From an uncultured Verrucomicrobiae bacterium (GTDB lineage: Bacteria > Verrucomicrobiota > Verrucomicrobiia > Limisphaerales > Palsa-1400), in assembly GCA_963702845.1 (NCBI GenBank), contig OY969763.1, positions 2,880,001 through 2,944,000 on the forward strand: a stretch of 64,000 bases of DNA, given 5' to 3'. The stretch's first letter is position 1. Each line of letters opens with the position of its first letter. A program made the position numbers and the translations under genes. The notes beneath the pieces were generated by a model that worked only from the letters and a program-made list of their open reading frames with translations, made no database searches and was not told the origin of the DNA. Of this stretch, positions 10,893 to 20,425 are shown one piece after another.

Positions 10893-11339
10893 TTAAGGGT
10901 AAATTCCATTTATGGAGTTGGACGCGGGTCGCAACTCGTGTTGTGCAGAGCTAAAATTTGTTGTTCGCCATGTGGCATGGGGCCAAACGTTCCATTCTAT
11001 GTTTTCGTCGGCCTTGCTCAATGCAAATGTTTGGGAAGAAATGTTCGACGACGAGGCGTCGACCATGAGCGTGGCAAAAAAAGTCGCGTTATCGCGGGAG
11101 GGATATGGCAGAGGGCGTCGGGAATTGCCGCTGCAAAGCACTACCACGGTAAGGCAGCACGCCGCCACCGGCGTCAACCAATTCCAAAGCTCGATGCCGC
11201 GCCAATGATGCGGCGCGTCGGTTTGGGCGCGCGGTTTAGCCGCAGCACCGCCCTCGAACAATACTCTCGAAATTTTATCCGAGGGCTGGCGAGGATTCCA
11301 GGATTGCAACCGTTTCTCCAAAATATCCGGATTGCTCAT
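10893..11339 (-). CDS. Putative anti-sigma factor (single TM)
   Basis: Overlaps the end of the ECF gene; LEKRLQSWNPRQPS N-terminus, TM WLTPVAACCLTVVVLC. Confidence 0.7.
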   Translation of the reverse strand: MSNPDILEKRLQSWNPRQPSDKISRVLFEGGAAAKPRAQTDAPHHWRGIELWNWLTPVAACCLTVVVLCSGNSRRPLPYPSRDNATFFATLMVDASSSNISSQTFALSKADENIEWNVWPHATWRTTNFSSAQHELRPASNSINGIYP

Positions 11340-11820
11340 AATCAATTCCTTTCAAACGAACTTTCAATTTACTGATGCCGTAGCGATAACGGCCTGCCAC
11401 GGTGTTCGGCGATGCTTCCAGCACTTCGCCGATTTCCTCAAAAGTGAATCCGTGCCAAATCTTCAGAACGATGACCTCGCGCTGTTCCGCTGGAAGCTTT
11501 TCCAAGCAGCGCATCGCCGCCATCTCCGCGTCGGTCGTTTCACTTGAAACATCAAACCACCGTTTCGATTCCACCTCGCGCGCAAACCTCCGCCACAAAG
11601 TTCGGCGATAATTCACCGCCCGATTGCGAAACGCACGCAGACAATAGCGCTCGGGCTGTTCCGGTTCGCGGGGTAAATTTAGCAGCGCCAGGAATGTCTC
11701 TTGTAGGACGTCCTCGGCCTCACTGTGACTCAGCCCCAGCGCCCTGCCGTAGAGCAGCAGACCGGCCGCTTTACTTTCGTAAAGCTCCTTGCACCAGCAG
11801 TTAAGCTCTGAGTTGTTCAC
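11275..11820 (-). CDS. ECF sigma-70 factor
   Basis: AEDVLQETF, LPAEQREVIVLKIWHGFTFEEIG, NTVAGRYRYGISKL. Confidence 0.92.
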   Translation of the reverse strand: MNNSELNCWCKELYESKAAGLLLYGRALGLSHSEAEDVLQETFLALLNLPREPEQPERYCLRAFRNRAVNYRRTLWRRFAREVESKRWFDVSSETTDAEMAAMRCLEKLPAEQREVIVLKIWHGFTFEEIGEVLEASPNTVAGRYRYGISKLKVRLKGIDYEQSGYFGETVAILESSPALG

Positions 11821-12030
11821 TTTATTTGCACCCGAACAATGCGTTTTTTACCGCGCTTTCATTGAATAGACACCGGTGGCGTCGAATTTGTATAAAATAA
11901 TTCTATTCGGAACCGAACGCTGCTATACGGAACTTCAGACCTCTCTGGACGAGATGGAAAATGCACCGATTAAGGGCCTTTGCAAGCCGCAACTCGAGCA
12001 TTTGATCACAAGGGCGGATGACAAAATCGC

Positions 12031-12103
12031 CTTCGTTTCCTTTGTTTGCTTGGTGTAGAAGCTGGACAGGAAGATTGAACAGAAGCAAACGAAGGGAACG
12101 AAG
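12031..12103. repeat. Imperfect 25-bp inverted repeat built from 9-nt-period TTCGTT-like units
   Basis: CTTCGTTTCCTTTGTTTGCTTGGTGT ... ACAGAAGCAAACGAAGGGAACGAAG. Confidence 0.75.
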
Positions 12104-12208
12104 CAAACCAGGATATATGAAAGCCTATATACACTCTGCCATGAGAACCGTCGGAAAAACGGGTCTGTGCAGAATTGTGTCCTGCACCGAATAACGAACC
12201 ACAACACC

Positions 12209-13360
12209 TTAGCGCTTGCCGCGAACCTTTCTCTTAGGGGTGGCTCCCGGTTCGGCGGTATCGGCGAACTTCTGCATCGCTTCTTCCTGCTGCTCGATCG
12301 ATTCGACCAGCTTAAACTGCGTCCTTGCGCGATCGAGGTTGTGGCTGGGACGATGAATTCGGAAGTAGGTGTCACCGGCTAAATGGTCGGTGAGAAAGCG
12401 GAGGCCGATGGTGAACGTGATCAATTTACCCGCAAACGCGATATACGACTTTTCTGCTTTGGTCAAAAACTGTCCGGCAGTCGACAAGTAGCCTTCCGCC
12501 AGCTTCTTGAACATCGGCATCTGCATCCGCACCTTCGACAAATCGCGCTCGTCTTCAAGAGTCGGGCTGGTTGTAGTGCGGACCATATCGCCGAAATCGT
12601 AAAGCGCGCATCCCGGCATGACAGTGTCGAGATCAACGACGCACATCGCTTCGCCCGATTCCACATCGAGCATCACGTTGTTGAATTTCGTGTCGTTGTG
12701 CGTAACGCGTTCGGGAATTTTTTTCTTTGCGAGCGCATTAAGAATCACATCCACGACAGCTTCATGCTTGAGCGCGAAATCAATTTCCTTTTTCGCGGCT
12801 TCCGCTCGGTTCAAGTGATCGTCCTCAACTGCTTTCTGCAACGCGGCGAAACGTTTGCGGGCGTTGTGGAAATCGGGAATCGTTTCGACAAGCCGTTCAC
12901 CCGGTAAATCCACCAGCAAACTTTGGAAATGGCCAAATGCCTTGCCGGCTTCAAACGCTTGCGGCGGCGTCTGCACGCATTCAAATGTCTGGACGCCCTC
13001 CACAAAAACGAACGTCCGCCAGCATTCGCCATTGCCGTTTCGGTAAAATGAATCGCCTTTGCGTGTGGGCACAATCGTGAGGCACCGGCGCGTGATGTCG
13101 GTGGCGTTTAGTTGCTCGAGTTTTTGGCGGATGTGTCGCGTGACGCGCACGACATTGGACATCAGACAAATCGGATCGCGGAAGACGGTTTGGTTGATCT
13201 TCTGATGAATGTAGCGGACCTTTGTGCCGCCTTGCCTGTAGGTGGCCGAATAGGTTTCGTTGATGTGCCCAATCTTACAGGTTTCAGCGTGCAAGATTTC
13301 GCCGTAAATCTGGAACTGTTTCGAGATTTCCTGAAGCTGCTCTTCTTTATATATCGCCAT
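12209..13360 (-). CDS. Aminoglycoside phosphotransferase-family kinase (N-acetylhexosamine 1-kinase-like)
   Basis: GHINETY, HNDTKFNN, VVDLDTVMPG, YDFGD, RFLTDHLAGDTYF. Confidence 0.88.
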   Translation of the reverse strand: MAIYKEEQLQEISKQFQIYGEILHAETCKIGHINETYSATYRQGGTKVRYIHQKINQTVFRDPICLMSNVVRVTRHIRQKLEQLNATDITRRCLTIVPTRKGDSFYRNGNGECWRTFVFVEGVQTFECVQTPPQAFEAGKAFGHFQSLLVDLPGERLVETIPDFHNARKRFAALQKAVEDDHLNRAEAAKKEIDFALKHEAVVDVILNALAKKKIPERVTHNDTKFNNVMLDVESGEAMCVVDLDTVMPGCALYDFGDMVRTTTSPTLEDERDLSKVRMQMPMFKKLAEGYLSTAGQFLTKAEKSYIAFAGKLITFTIGLRFLTDHLAGDTYFRIHRPSHNLDRARTQFKLVESIEQQEEAMQKFADTAEPGATPKRKVRGKR

Positions 13361-13434
13361 GGGCGTATGGAGTGCGTCGCCCTTGGTTCAGCAAATCGAC
13401 CTACGATTGCTGCGCCCGTGGGGCGCACTCCGAC

Positions 13435-14790
13435 TTAGGTTTTGGCGGATTCTACGGGAACGTTTTCTGCGATGCCAGTACCTTTGCGCCGTCTCTTCGG
13501 ATAATCCGGCACCATATTATATAGGTCGTCGGGAAGGCTCCATTTCAAGAGAGGCCCCGTCATGGCTGTAGTCAGTAGAGCCATAATGATGAACATTGAG
13601 AACAGTTCCTTGGGCAACAATTTTAGTTCGTAACCGACGTTGATGGCCACGAGCGCCATCAATGCTCGCGTGTTCATTAGTGCGGCAATACAGATTGAGT
13701 CACGCGTCGATTGACCGCTGAGTTTGGCGACGATCCCGCAACCGGCGAGTTTGCCAATCGCGGCTACGGCGAAAATTGCGCCGCACGCCAACCAGGCTAT
13801 GCTCGAATTAATAGATCCAATTTCAGTGCGCAGTCCGGTATTGGTAAAGAAAATCGGCACCAAAGCGACCAGCACGAAATTCGCGAATTGGTCGCGCCAG
13901 GATTTGACCAGATCCACCTGATCATGAATCGCAACGCCAAACATGAATGCGCCGAACAGGGAAAACACTTTCAAATAACTGGCCGTCTCACACGCCGCAA
14001 AAAGCGTAATGAGAAGGACGGCCAGAAACGTTGGCGGCATTCTGCCCGGAGCCGAATTGGGCGACGTTCCATCACCGCCTTTCGTCACGCTCTTACGCCA
14101 ATACCATTTGATGATCGGCCCGACAACTTTACGCAGGAAAATGAAGAACGTAATCACGCCAGCGGTTTGCAACGTGACTTTGAACCAATCGAAATTCGAT
14201 GTGGCGAGAGAAGTAATGACCGCCAGACCAATCCAGCCAACCACGTCATCAATTGCCGCTGCGCTAATACCGAGAGCACCCAGGGGTGTGCGCTCGAGTT
14301 TCATTTCCAATAGAATGCGGCCCATGATCGGAAGCGCGGTGATGGAGAGCGCGATACAGACGAACAGTTGGAATCCGACATAGTTTGTTTCCGGTGCGAA
14401 CGTCGCGTGCAACCATTTTCCAATGAGCAGCCCACCGAGCATCGGTGCGACAATCCCGGCAATGGAAACGCCAATCACCGTCTTCGATCGCGAACGTAAA
14501 TGTCCGTAATCGAACTCCATCCCCACCTGGAACAAGAGCAGGATAAGACCAATTTTGCCAAGAAGCTGAAGCGATTGTTGCGTTTCGTTCGGAAACAGAG
14601 GCGCCCAGTCGTGCGGCCAAATTAATCCCAGCGCCGACGGACCGAGTAACAGACCCGCGAAGATTTCACCAACGGCCAATGGTTGGCCGAGTTTTTTACC
14701 AAGCCGTCCGAAAATCCAGGCAACTGCGATAATAATGCCCCATTGGAGCATAACCATGCGCAGGTGACCTTCGATCGCTGTTGGATTCAT
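13435..14790 (-). CDS. Cation:proton antiporter (CPA2/Kef family)
   Basis: GQPLAVGEIFAGLLLGPS, SITALP, AAAIDDVVGW, MNTRAL; about 12 TM helices; start probably at MNPTAIE (14790). Confidence 0.92.
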   Translation of the reverse strand: MNPTAIEGHLRMVMLQWGIIIAVAWIFGRLGKKLGQPLAVGEIFAGLLLGPSALGLIWPHDWAPLFPNETQQSLQLLGKIGLILLLFQVGMEFDYGHLRSRSKTVIGVSIAGIVAPMLGGLLIGKWLHATFAPETNYVGFQLFVCIALSITALPIMGRILLEMKLERTPLGALGISAAAIDDVVGWIGLAVITSLATSNFDWFKVTLQTAGVITFFIFLRKVVGPIIKWYWRKSVTKGGDGTSPNSAPGRMPPTFLAVLLITLFAACETASYLKVFSLFGAFMFGVAIHDQVDLVKSWRDQFANFVLVALVPIFFTNTGLRTEIGSINSSIAWLACGAIFAVAAIGKLAGCGIVAKLSGQSTRDSICIAALMNTRALMALVAINVGYELKLLPKELFSMFIIMALLTTAMTGPLLKWSLPDDLYNMVPDYPKRRRKGTGIAENVPVESAKT

Positions 14791-14908
14791 GCGCGGGTAA
14801 TTGAACTGAAACACTTCCTGTTGTCAGTAAAGATGTTCTAAGGAAATGCCTGATTCGCCTGTAATTGCACGCTTCACAATCGTCGAACGTTTTCGCATTG
14901 TTACGGGT

Positions 14909-15844
14909 ATGCGAACCGTTTATGCCACCTTTGCCGCGCTTGGGTTGCTCATGAATAATTCCAGCGCCGAAACGCTTTCGGAAAAATATGCAGCTTACGG
15001 CAACTTGATTGTCACGCCGTTTACGACCGCTCCGTTCCCCCACCCTGACCGCGCGAATGGGCACTCTTACCACACCAATTTTCTTTCGGCGAAGGAACAT
15101 TACAGCGATAGCACGGTGGCAATGTTTGTGCCGAAAGGTTTTCATGCCGGCAAAACGATCGACTTCGTTGTGCATTTTCACGGCTGGGGCAACAACGTCA
15201 CGCGCGCGTTCAACCACTATCATCTGATTGAACAGTTCTCCGCGAGCGAGCGGAACGCGATTTTGATTGTGCCGCAAGGGCCATTCGATGCGCAGGATTC
15301 TTTCGATGGAAAACTCGAAGATACCAACGGTTTCGCCCGCTTCATGAACGAGGCAGTCAATGTTCTCGAGAAAAAAAGCGTCATCCGGCATGCAAGGCTC
15401 GGCAAGATCATCCTGTCCGGCCACAGCGGCGGCTACGAAGTAATCTCATCCATACTGGAGCGCGGCGGCCTTAACGATCACGTCCGCGAGGTTTGGTTGT
15501 TTGATGCACTTTACGGACGCACTGAAAAATTCGTGAACTGGTGGTTCTCCAACGAAAGTCGCACCCGCTTTATCGACATCTACACCGAGCACGGCGGCAC
15601 AAAAGAAGAAACCGAAAATCTGATGGCCGACCTAAAGAAGAACACCGTCCCGTTTTACTTTGCAAAAGAACCAGCAGCGTCTACGGAAGCGATTACAAAA
15701 AACAAATTAGTCTTTCTATTCACCGACAACTCGCACGACGTTGTGATGCAAAATAACAATACTTTTCTAAATTTCCTGCGAACGAGCCAGTTAAGTTCTA
15801 TGCATACTGACTCCATTCGAAGCCCGCGATTGAGTTCGAAATAG
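14909..15844 (+). CDS. Secreted alpha/beta-hydrolase-fold protein
   Basis: Signal peptide, VHFHGW, SGHSGG nucleophile elbow, LFDALY, late His (NSHD). Confidence 0.7.
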   Translation: MRTVYATFAALGLLMNNSSAETLSEKYAAYGNLIVTPFTTAPFPHPDRANGHSYHTNFLSAKEHYSDSTVAMFVPKGFHAGKTIDFVVHFHGWGNNVTRAFNHYHLIEQFSASERNAILIVPQGPFDAQDSFDGKLEDTNGFARFMNEAVNVLEKKSVIRHARLGKIILSGHSGGYEVISSILERGGLNDHVREVWLFDALYGRTEKFVNWWFSNESRTRFIDIYTEHGGTKEETENLMADLKKNTVPFYFAKEPAASTEAITKNKLVFLFTDNSHDVVMQNNNTFLNFLRTSQLSSMHTDSIRSPRLSSK

Positions 15845-15848
15845 GCGA

Positions 15849-17237
15849 ATGACCCGTCCCATCACACAGCGTTTCCGGCTGCTGATTGCGATTGGCTGTC
15901 TGCTCGCAATTTGGAATGTCCAAGGTGCGCAATCGCATTTTCCAGACCTGACGGTCGCGCCGTTAGATGAGCTGCGCGATGAAATGACGGTGACGATCCA
16001 CTCGACGAAACCCGATTACGTCGCGTTTATCCCTCGTGTCAACGACGCGAACGTCAACGATACGGGCAATGAACATTTCCTCGTTTTCGATGGGCCGGAT
16101 GGATCGTTGAAGGCGATCTGGACGCAAAGCTCCGGTGAAGGCAATCCCGACCAACATATCGTTTTCGCGCAGAGCAACGACGACGGCAAGAACTGGTCGA
16201 CGCCCAAGGTGATCTGTGGTCCGGCAAAACCGGGGCAAGGTTTTATCGCAAGCTGGGCATACCCAATGGTGAGCAAATCCGGTCGCATTTACGTGCTCTA
16301 CAGTCAGCACGTCGGCCGCGTAGATTCATTTTTTCACACGACTGGTTTGCTCACTGGAAAATATAGCGACGACTCCGGCAAAACATGGTCGCAACCGCAA
16401 TCGATCGTGATGCCGCGCACCAGCCACGACAACCCTGACCCGACGATGCCGCCGAATTGCATCACGTGGCAGAAGCCTCTGCGGCTGACTAAAGACGGCC
16501 GATATCTCGTCGGACTCACCCGCTGGATGAGTAAAACAGTTGCTAAGAATCCAACCAAGTCATGGACGTCTTACCCCGCGGTTGTTGAGTTCATGCGCTT
16601 TGAAAACCTCGATGACAATCCTGAACCCTCGAAACTAAAAATCTCGTGGCTGGCGTTCGACACGAACGCTTTGAAGGTGCCTTATCCAGGCTATCCTGAA
16701 ACTAGCGTTTGCCAGGAACCGTCCATTGTGAAACTTCCGGATGGACGTTTGTTCTGCGTGGTTCGAACATCGGCTGGCAGCCCGTATTGGAGCATGAGCG
16801 CGAACGATGGCGACACGTGGACAAAACCGATACCGCTCTTGCGCAAAGACGGTGGCGAACCGCTAAAGCATCCGTTGTCGCCCTGCCCCATTTTTGATCT
16901 CGGCGGCGGCGCGGCCGGAAGCGGTCGTTACGCGCTGTTCATCCACAATCACGATGGACATTACCAAGGCTACGGACCTTCCGACGCGAACTTTCACCGG
17001 CGTCCTGTCTATCAAGTTAATGGCCATTTTGAACCCAACGCGGAGCAACCAATCTGGTTTGATGAACCGAATTTCTTCATGGATAACGACGGCATTTTGC
17101 TCGGTGCTCCCGGCAAACACGGTCGAATTGACCTCGCACTTTATTCGAGCGTTATTGTCCGTAAGGGCAAAACGATTCTTTGGTATCCAGATCGAAAATT
17201 TTTTCTGCTGGGCAAAATCATCGCCGACAGGCAATAA
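15849..17237 (+). CDS. Sialidase/BNR Asp-box beta-propeller protein
   Basis: Asp-boxes SNDDGKNW, SDDSGKTW, SANDGDTW; CQEPSIVKLPDG; signal peptide. Confidence 0.85.
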   Translation: MTRPITQRFRLLIAIGCLLAIWNVQGAQSHFPDLTVAPLDELRDEMTVTIHSTKPDYVAFIPRVNDANVNDTGNEHFLVFDGPDGSLKAIWTQSSGEGNPDQHIVFAQSNDDGKNWSTPKVICGPAKPGQGFIASWAYPMVSKSGRIYVLYSQHVGRVDSFFHTTGLLTGKYSDDSGKTWSQPQSIVMPRTSHDNPDPTMPPNCITWQKPLRLTKDGRYLVGLTRWMSKTVAKNPTKSWTSYPAVVEFMRFENLDDNPEPSKLKISWLAFDTNALKVPYPGYPETSVCQEPSIVKLPDGRLFCVVRTSAGSPYWSMSANDGDTWTKPIPLLRKDGGEPLKHPLSPCPIFDLGGGAAGSGRYALFIHNHDGHYQGYGPSDANFHRRPVYQVNGHFEPNAEQPIWFDEPNFFMDNDGILLGAPGKHGRIDLALYSSVIVRKGKTILWYPDRKFFLLGKIIADRQ

Positions 17238-17276
17238 AAGATTCGTCGTTGCAGCGAAGCTTTTAATTCAAAATCT

Positions 17277-18443
17277 ATGAGCAAGATTCGTGTACTCGTC
17301 GGCACGCGCAAAGGTGCGTTCATTCTAACCTCAGACGGCACCCGCAAGAACTGGGATGTGAGCGGACCGCACTTTGCCGGTTGGGAAATTTACCACGCCA
17401 AAGGTTCGCCGGTTGATCCCAACAAGATTTACGTTTCACAGTCAAGCGGCTGGTTCGGCCAAATTATACAACGCTCCGATGACGGCGGCAAAACGTGGAA
17501 TCCGCCCGGCAGCAAACCGGAAGAATTGGTCGGCCCCGGTGGTATGCCGCACGGTGAAAGCAATAAGTTCGTCTACGAAGGCGAGGTCGGCACACACAAA
17601 TGGTATGACGGCACGCAGCATCCCTGGGAATTCAAACGCGTGTGGCATCTGGAACCTTCCTTCACCGATCCCGACACCGTCTACGCGGGTGTCGAAGATG
17701 CCGCGATGTTCAAGACGACCGATGGCGGTAAGACCTGGCATGAGTTGGCGGGACTGCGCAAAGCCAAAGGCGAACTCTGGCAACCTGGTGCCGGCGGCAT
17801 GGCAGTTCACACAATTATTTTGGACCGAAAAAATCCGAAACGCATGTTCATCGCAATTTCTGCTGCGGGTGCCTTCCGAACGGATGATGGCGGCGCGACG
17901 TGGAAGCCCATTAATAAAGGTTTGAAGTCGCCCTACGAACTGCCAGATCCGGATGCGGAAGTCGGCCATTGTGTCCATCGCATCGCCATGCACCCGTCGC
18001 GCCCAGACGTTCTGTTCATGCAGAAGCATTGGGACGTGATGCGCAGCGATAACGCGGGTGATATGTGGACGGAGGTCAGCGGAAATTTACCGAGCGATTT
18101 CGGCTTTCCAATCGACGTTCACGCGCACGAACCGAACACGATTTACGTCGTGCCCATCAAGAGCGATTCCGAACATTTCCCGCCCGACGGCAAGCTGCGC
18201 GTTTATCGCAGTCGCAACGGCGGCAACGAATGGGAAGCGATGACCAAAGGGCTTCCGCAAAAAGATTGTTACGTCAATGTGCTGCGCGATGCGATGTGCG
18301 TCGACTCCCTTGAACCGTGCGGAATTTATTTCGGCACCACCGGCGGACAGGTTTATGCGTCGGCCGATAGCGGCAATACCTGGAACCCGATTGTGCGCGA
18401 TTTACCTGCGGTATTGTCCGTGGAAGTGCAGATGCTGCCATGA
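17277..18443 (+). CDS. Cytoplasmic BNR/WD40-YVTN-like beta-propeller protein
   Basis: [11 protein letters not shown]-terminus, six Asp-boxes ([24 protein letters not shown] and others), no signal peptide. Confidence 0.88.
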   Translation: MSKIRVLVGTRKGAFILTSDGTRKNWDVSGPHFAGWEIYHAKGSPVDPNKIYVSQSSGWFGQIIQRSDDGGKTWNPPGSKPEELVGPGGMPHGESNKFVYEGEVGTHKWYDGTQHPWEFKRVWHLEPSFTDPDTVYAGVEDAAMFKTTDGGKTWHELAGLRKAKGELWQPGAGGMAVHTIILDRKNPKRMFIAISAAGAFRTDDGGATWKPINKGLKSPYELPDPDAEVGHCVHRIAMHPSRPDVLFMQKHWDVMRSDNAGDMWTEVSGNLPSDFGFPIDVHAHEPNTIYVVPIKSDSEHFPPDGKLRVYRSRNGGNEWEAMTKGLPQKDCYVNVLRDAMCVDSLEPCGIYFGTTGGQVYASADSGNTWNPIVRDLPAVLSVEVQMLP

Positions 18444-18736
18444 TTCGAATCGTTCTGCCATTTCATTTGCGCAATCTCGCACGCACCGGAACGGAAGTGC
18501 AGGTGGATGTTCCAGCGCCCGTAACACTCGGTGGGGCGTTAACAGCGCTGGAAGCACAATATCCAGTTCTCCGCGGAACGATTCGCGAATACGGCACGAA
18601 CAAACGCCGTTCACTTGTCAGGTTTTTTGCGTGCAAGGAAGATCTGTCAAACGAACCGTCGGATACGCAGCTTCCCGAAGACGTGATCAACGGAAAAGAG
18701 CCGCTGATGATTATCGGCGCGATAGCTGGCGGCTGA
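18440..18736 (+). CDS. MoaD/ThiS family sulfur-carrier (ubiquitin-like) protein
   Basis: 98 aa, C-terminal AIAGG, ATGA overlap with the upstream gene. Confidence 0.9.
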   Translation: MIRIVLPFHLRNLARTGTEVQVDVPAPVTLGGALTALEAQYPVLRGTIREYGTNKRRSLVRFFACKEDLSNEPSDTQLPEDVINGKEPLMIIGAIAGG

Positions 18737-18741
18737 TTCAA

Positions 18742-18805
18742 GCGCGGATGGTCACGTCCGCAGAGGCACGATTCTACTGCGACTCGCGGAGGTGACTATC
18801 CGCGC
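18742..18805. repeat. REP-doublet-like inverted repeat
   Basis: GCGCGGATGGTCACGTCCGCAGAG ... CTCGCGGAGGTGACTATCCGCGC; each arm is itself palindromic. Confidence 0.7.
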
Positions 18806-18862
18806 CTCCGAGCATTACTTGATTTCCGGCGTGGGTAAATTACCCTCAACAAACGATTTAAT

Positions 18863-20011
18863 ATGCAATTGAACAATGACGAGATACGCCGGTATTCACG
18901 GCACCTGATTCTTCCAGAAGTCGGATTGGCAGGACAAAAGAAGATTTGCTCCACCACCGTCCTGTGCATCGGCGCAGGCGGCCTCGGTTCTCCGATCGCG
19001 ATGTATCTCGCCGCCGCTGGTATCGGCAAAATCGGGATTGTTGATTTCGATACGGTCGATTTTTCCAATCTTCAGCGCCAGATCATCCACGGCACAAGCG
19101 ACGTTGGTCGACCAAAAGCGGAATCTGCCAAGGAAACGATCAACAGCATCAATCCAAATGTTGAAGTCGTCATTCACAACACTCGCATCAGCAGCGAAAA
19201 TGCGATCGATTTGATTTCCGGCTACGACATTGTCGTCGACGGCACGGACAACTTCCCGACTCGATATCTGACCAACGACGCCTGTGTGCTTTTGAAAAAG
19301 CCGAATGTTTACGGGTCGATTTTCCGGTTCGAAGGACAAGCGAGCGTTTTCGCCCCGCATCTTGGCGGTCCCTGCTATCGCTGCTTGTATCCGGAACCGC
19401 CACCGCCCGGAATGGTCCCAAGTTGCGCCGAAGGTGGCGTGCTGGGAGTTCTGCCAGGCATCGTCGGAACGATTCAAGCAACGGAAATTCTTAAATTGGC
19501 TTTGGGCAAAGGCAGCTCACTCATCGGCCGCCTGCTATTGTTCAACGCGCTGGACATGAAGTTCCGCGAAGTGAAACTGCGTCGCGATCCGCAATGTCCT
19601 TTGTGCGGCGATAATCCCACGATCACCAAGCTGATCGATTACGAAATGTTCTGCGGCATTCAACCTGAACCGCTTGAGCCGACGAAGCATCCTGACGAAG
19701 TTACGGTGCAAGAAATGAAGAAAGCTTTGGACGACCCGAAACTCGGAATACGTATAATTGATGTTCGCGAACAAGACGAACACGAGATCGCGCACATCAA
19801 AGGCGTTCCTCTGGTTCCGTTGAGCCAGTTGCATGAGCGTTTTACCGAACTCAATCCGAACGAGCAGATTTACATTCACTGCAAGAGCGGCGTGCGCTCG
19901 CTCAATGCGTTGAGATTCCTGCGCGAGCAAGGATTTAAATACGTGAAGAGCGTCAAAGGTGGTATTTCGGCGTGGTCAGACGAAATCGATCACAACGTAC
20001 CGAAATATTAA
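18863..20011 (+). CDS. moeB: MoeB/MoeZ adenylyltransferase with C-terminal rhodanese domain
   Basis: RYSRH, GAGGLGSP, SNLQRQ, DGTDNF, CYRC and CPLC; rhodanese HCKSGVRS. Confidence 0.95.
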   Translation: MQLNNDEIRRYSRHLILPEVGLAGQKKICSTTVLCIGAGGLGSPIAMYLAAAGIGKIGIVDFDTVDFSNLQRQIIHGTSDVGRPKAESAKETINSINPNVEVVIHNTRISSENAIDLISGYDIVVDGTDNFPTRYLTNDACVLLKKPNVYGSIFRFEGQASVFAPHLGGPCYRCLYPEPPPPGMVPSCAEGGVLGVLPGIVGTIQATEILKLALGKGSSLIGRLLLFNALDMKFREVKLRRDPQCPLCGDNPTITKLIDYEMFCGIQPEPLEPTKHPDEVTVQEMKKALDDPKLGIRIIDVREQDEHEIAHIKGVPLVPLSQLHERFTELNPNEQIYIHCKSGVRSLNALRFLREQGFKYVKSVKGGISAWSDEIDHNVPKY

Positions 20012-20026
20012 CCTCTGTTTCGAATA

Positions 20027-20067
20027 GAAAAACGGCCCGGGCAGTTACGCCTGGGCCGTTTTCTTTT
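20027..20067 (+). terminator. Intrinsic terminator, probably bidirectional
   Basis: AAAACGGCCCGGGC-loop-GCCTGGGCCGTTTTCTTTT. Confidence 0.85.
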
Positions 20068-20425
20068 GGGTTTTGTGGTTAGTGCCCTGAAATTCTCCAG
20101 ACCCGGACACACTTCGCCTGCCGCACTTTTTCGTGTGTGAACGCGTTCGTAATAGTCAACGTTCAGCACCAAGTCAAACGCATAAGCATCCGACTTATTA
20201 ACACACTTACAACGCAATGCCGGAGGCACTGACTAGCGGCAACCACTCACCAAAAATCAGGGTCGACGTGGCACGAAATTTCGAAGTGCAGCCGCTGTGC
20301 CAAGCGCTCGCAAAAAGTTTTCATTTTAGAAAATAAAGTTGCCGTCGAAATATTGACCTTCATTTTCGTCGTGCGCATCATGTTCTTCCAATTCGCTTTA
20401 ACAACAGCCAAAGCACAGATTTTTT

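Noticed and set aside
11876..12058. 60-aa ORF
   Set aside because: No recognisable motif, and it runs into the inverted repeat.
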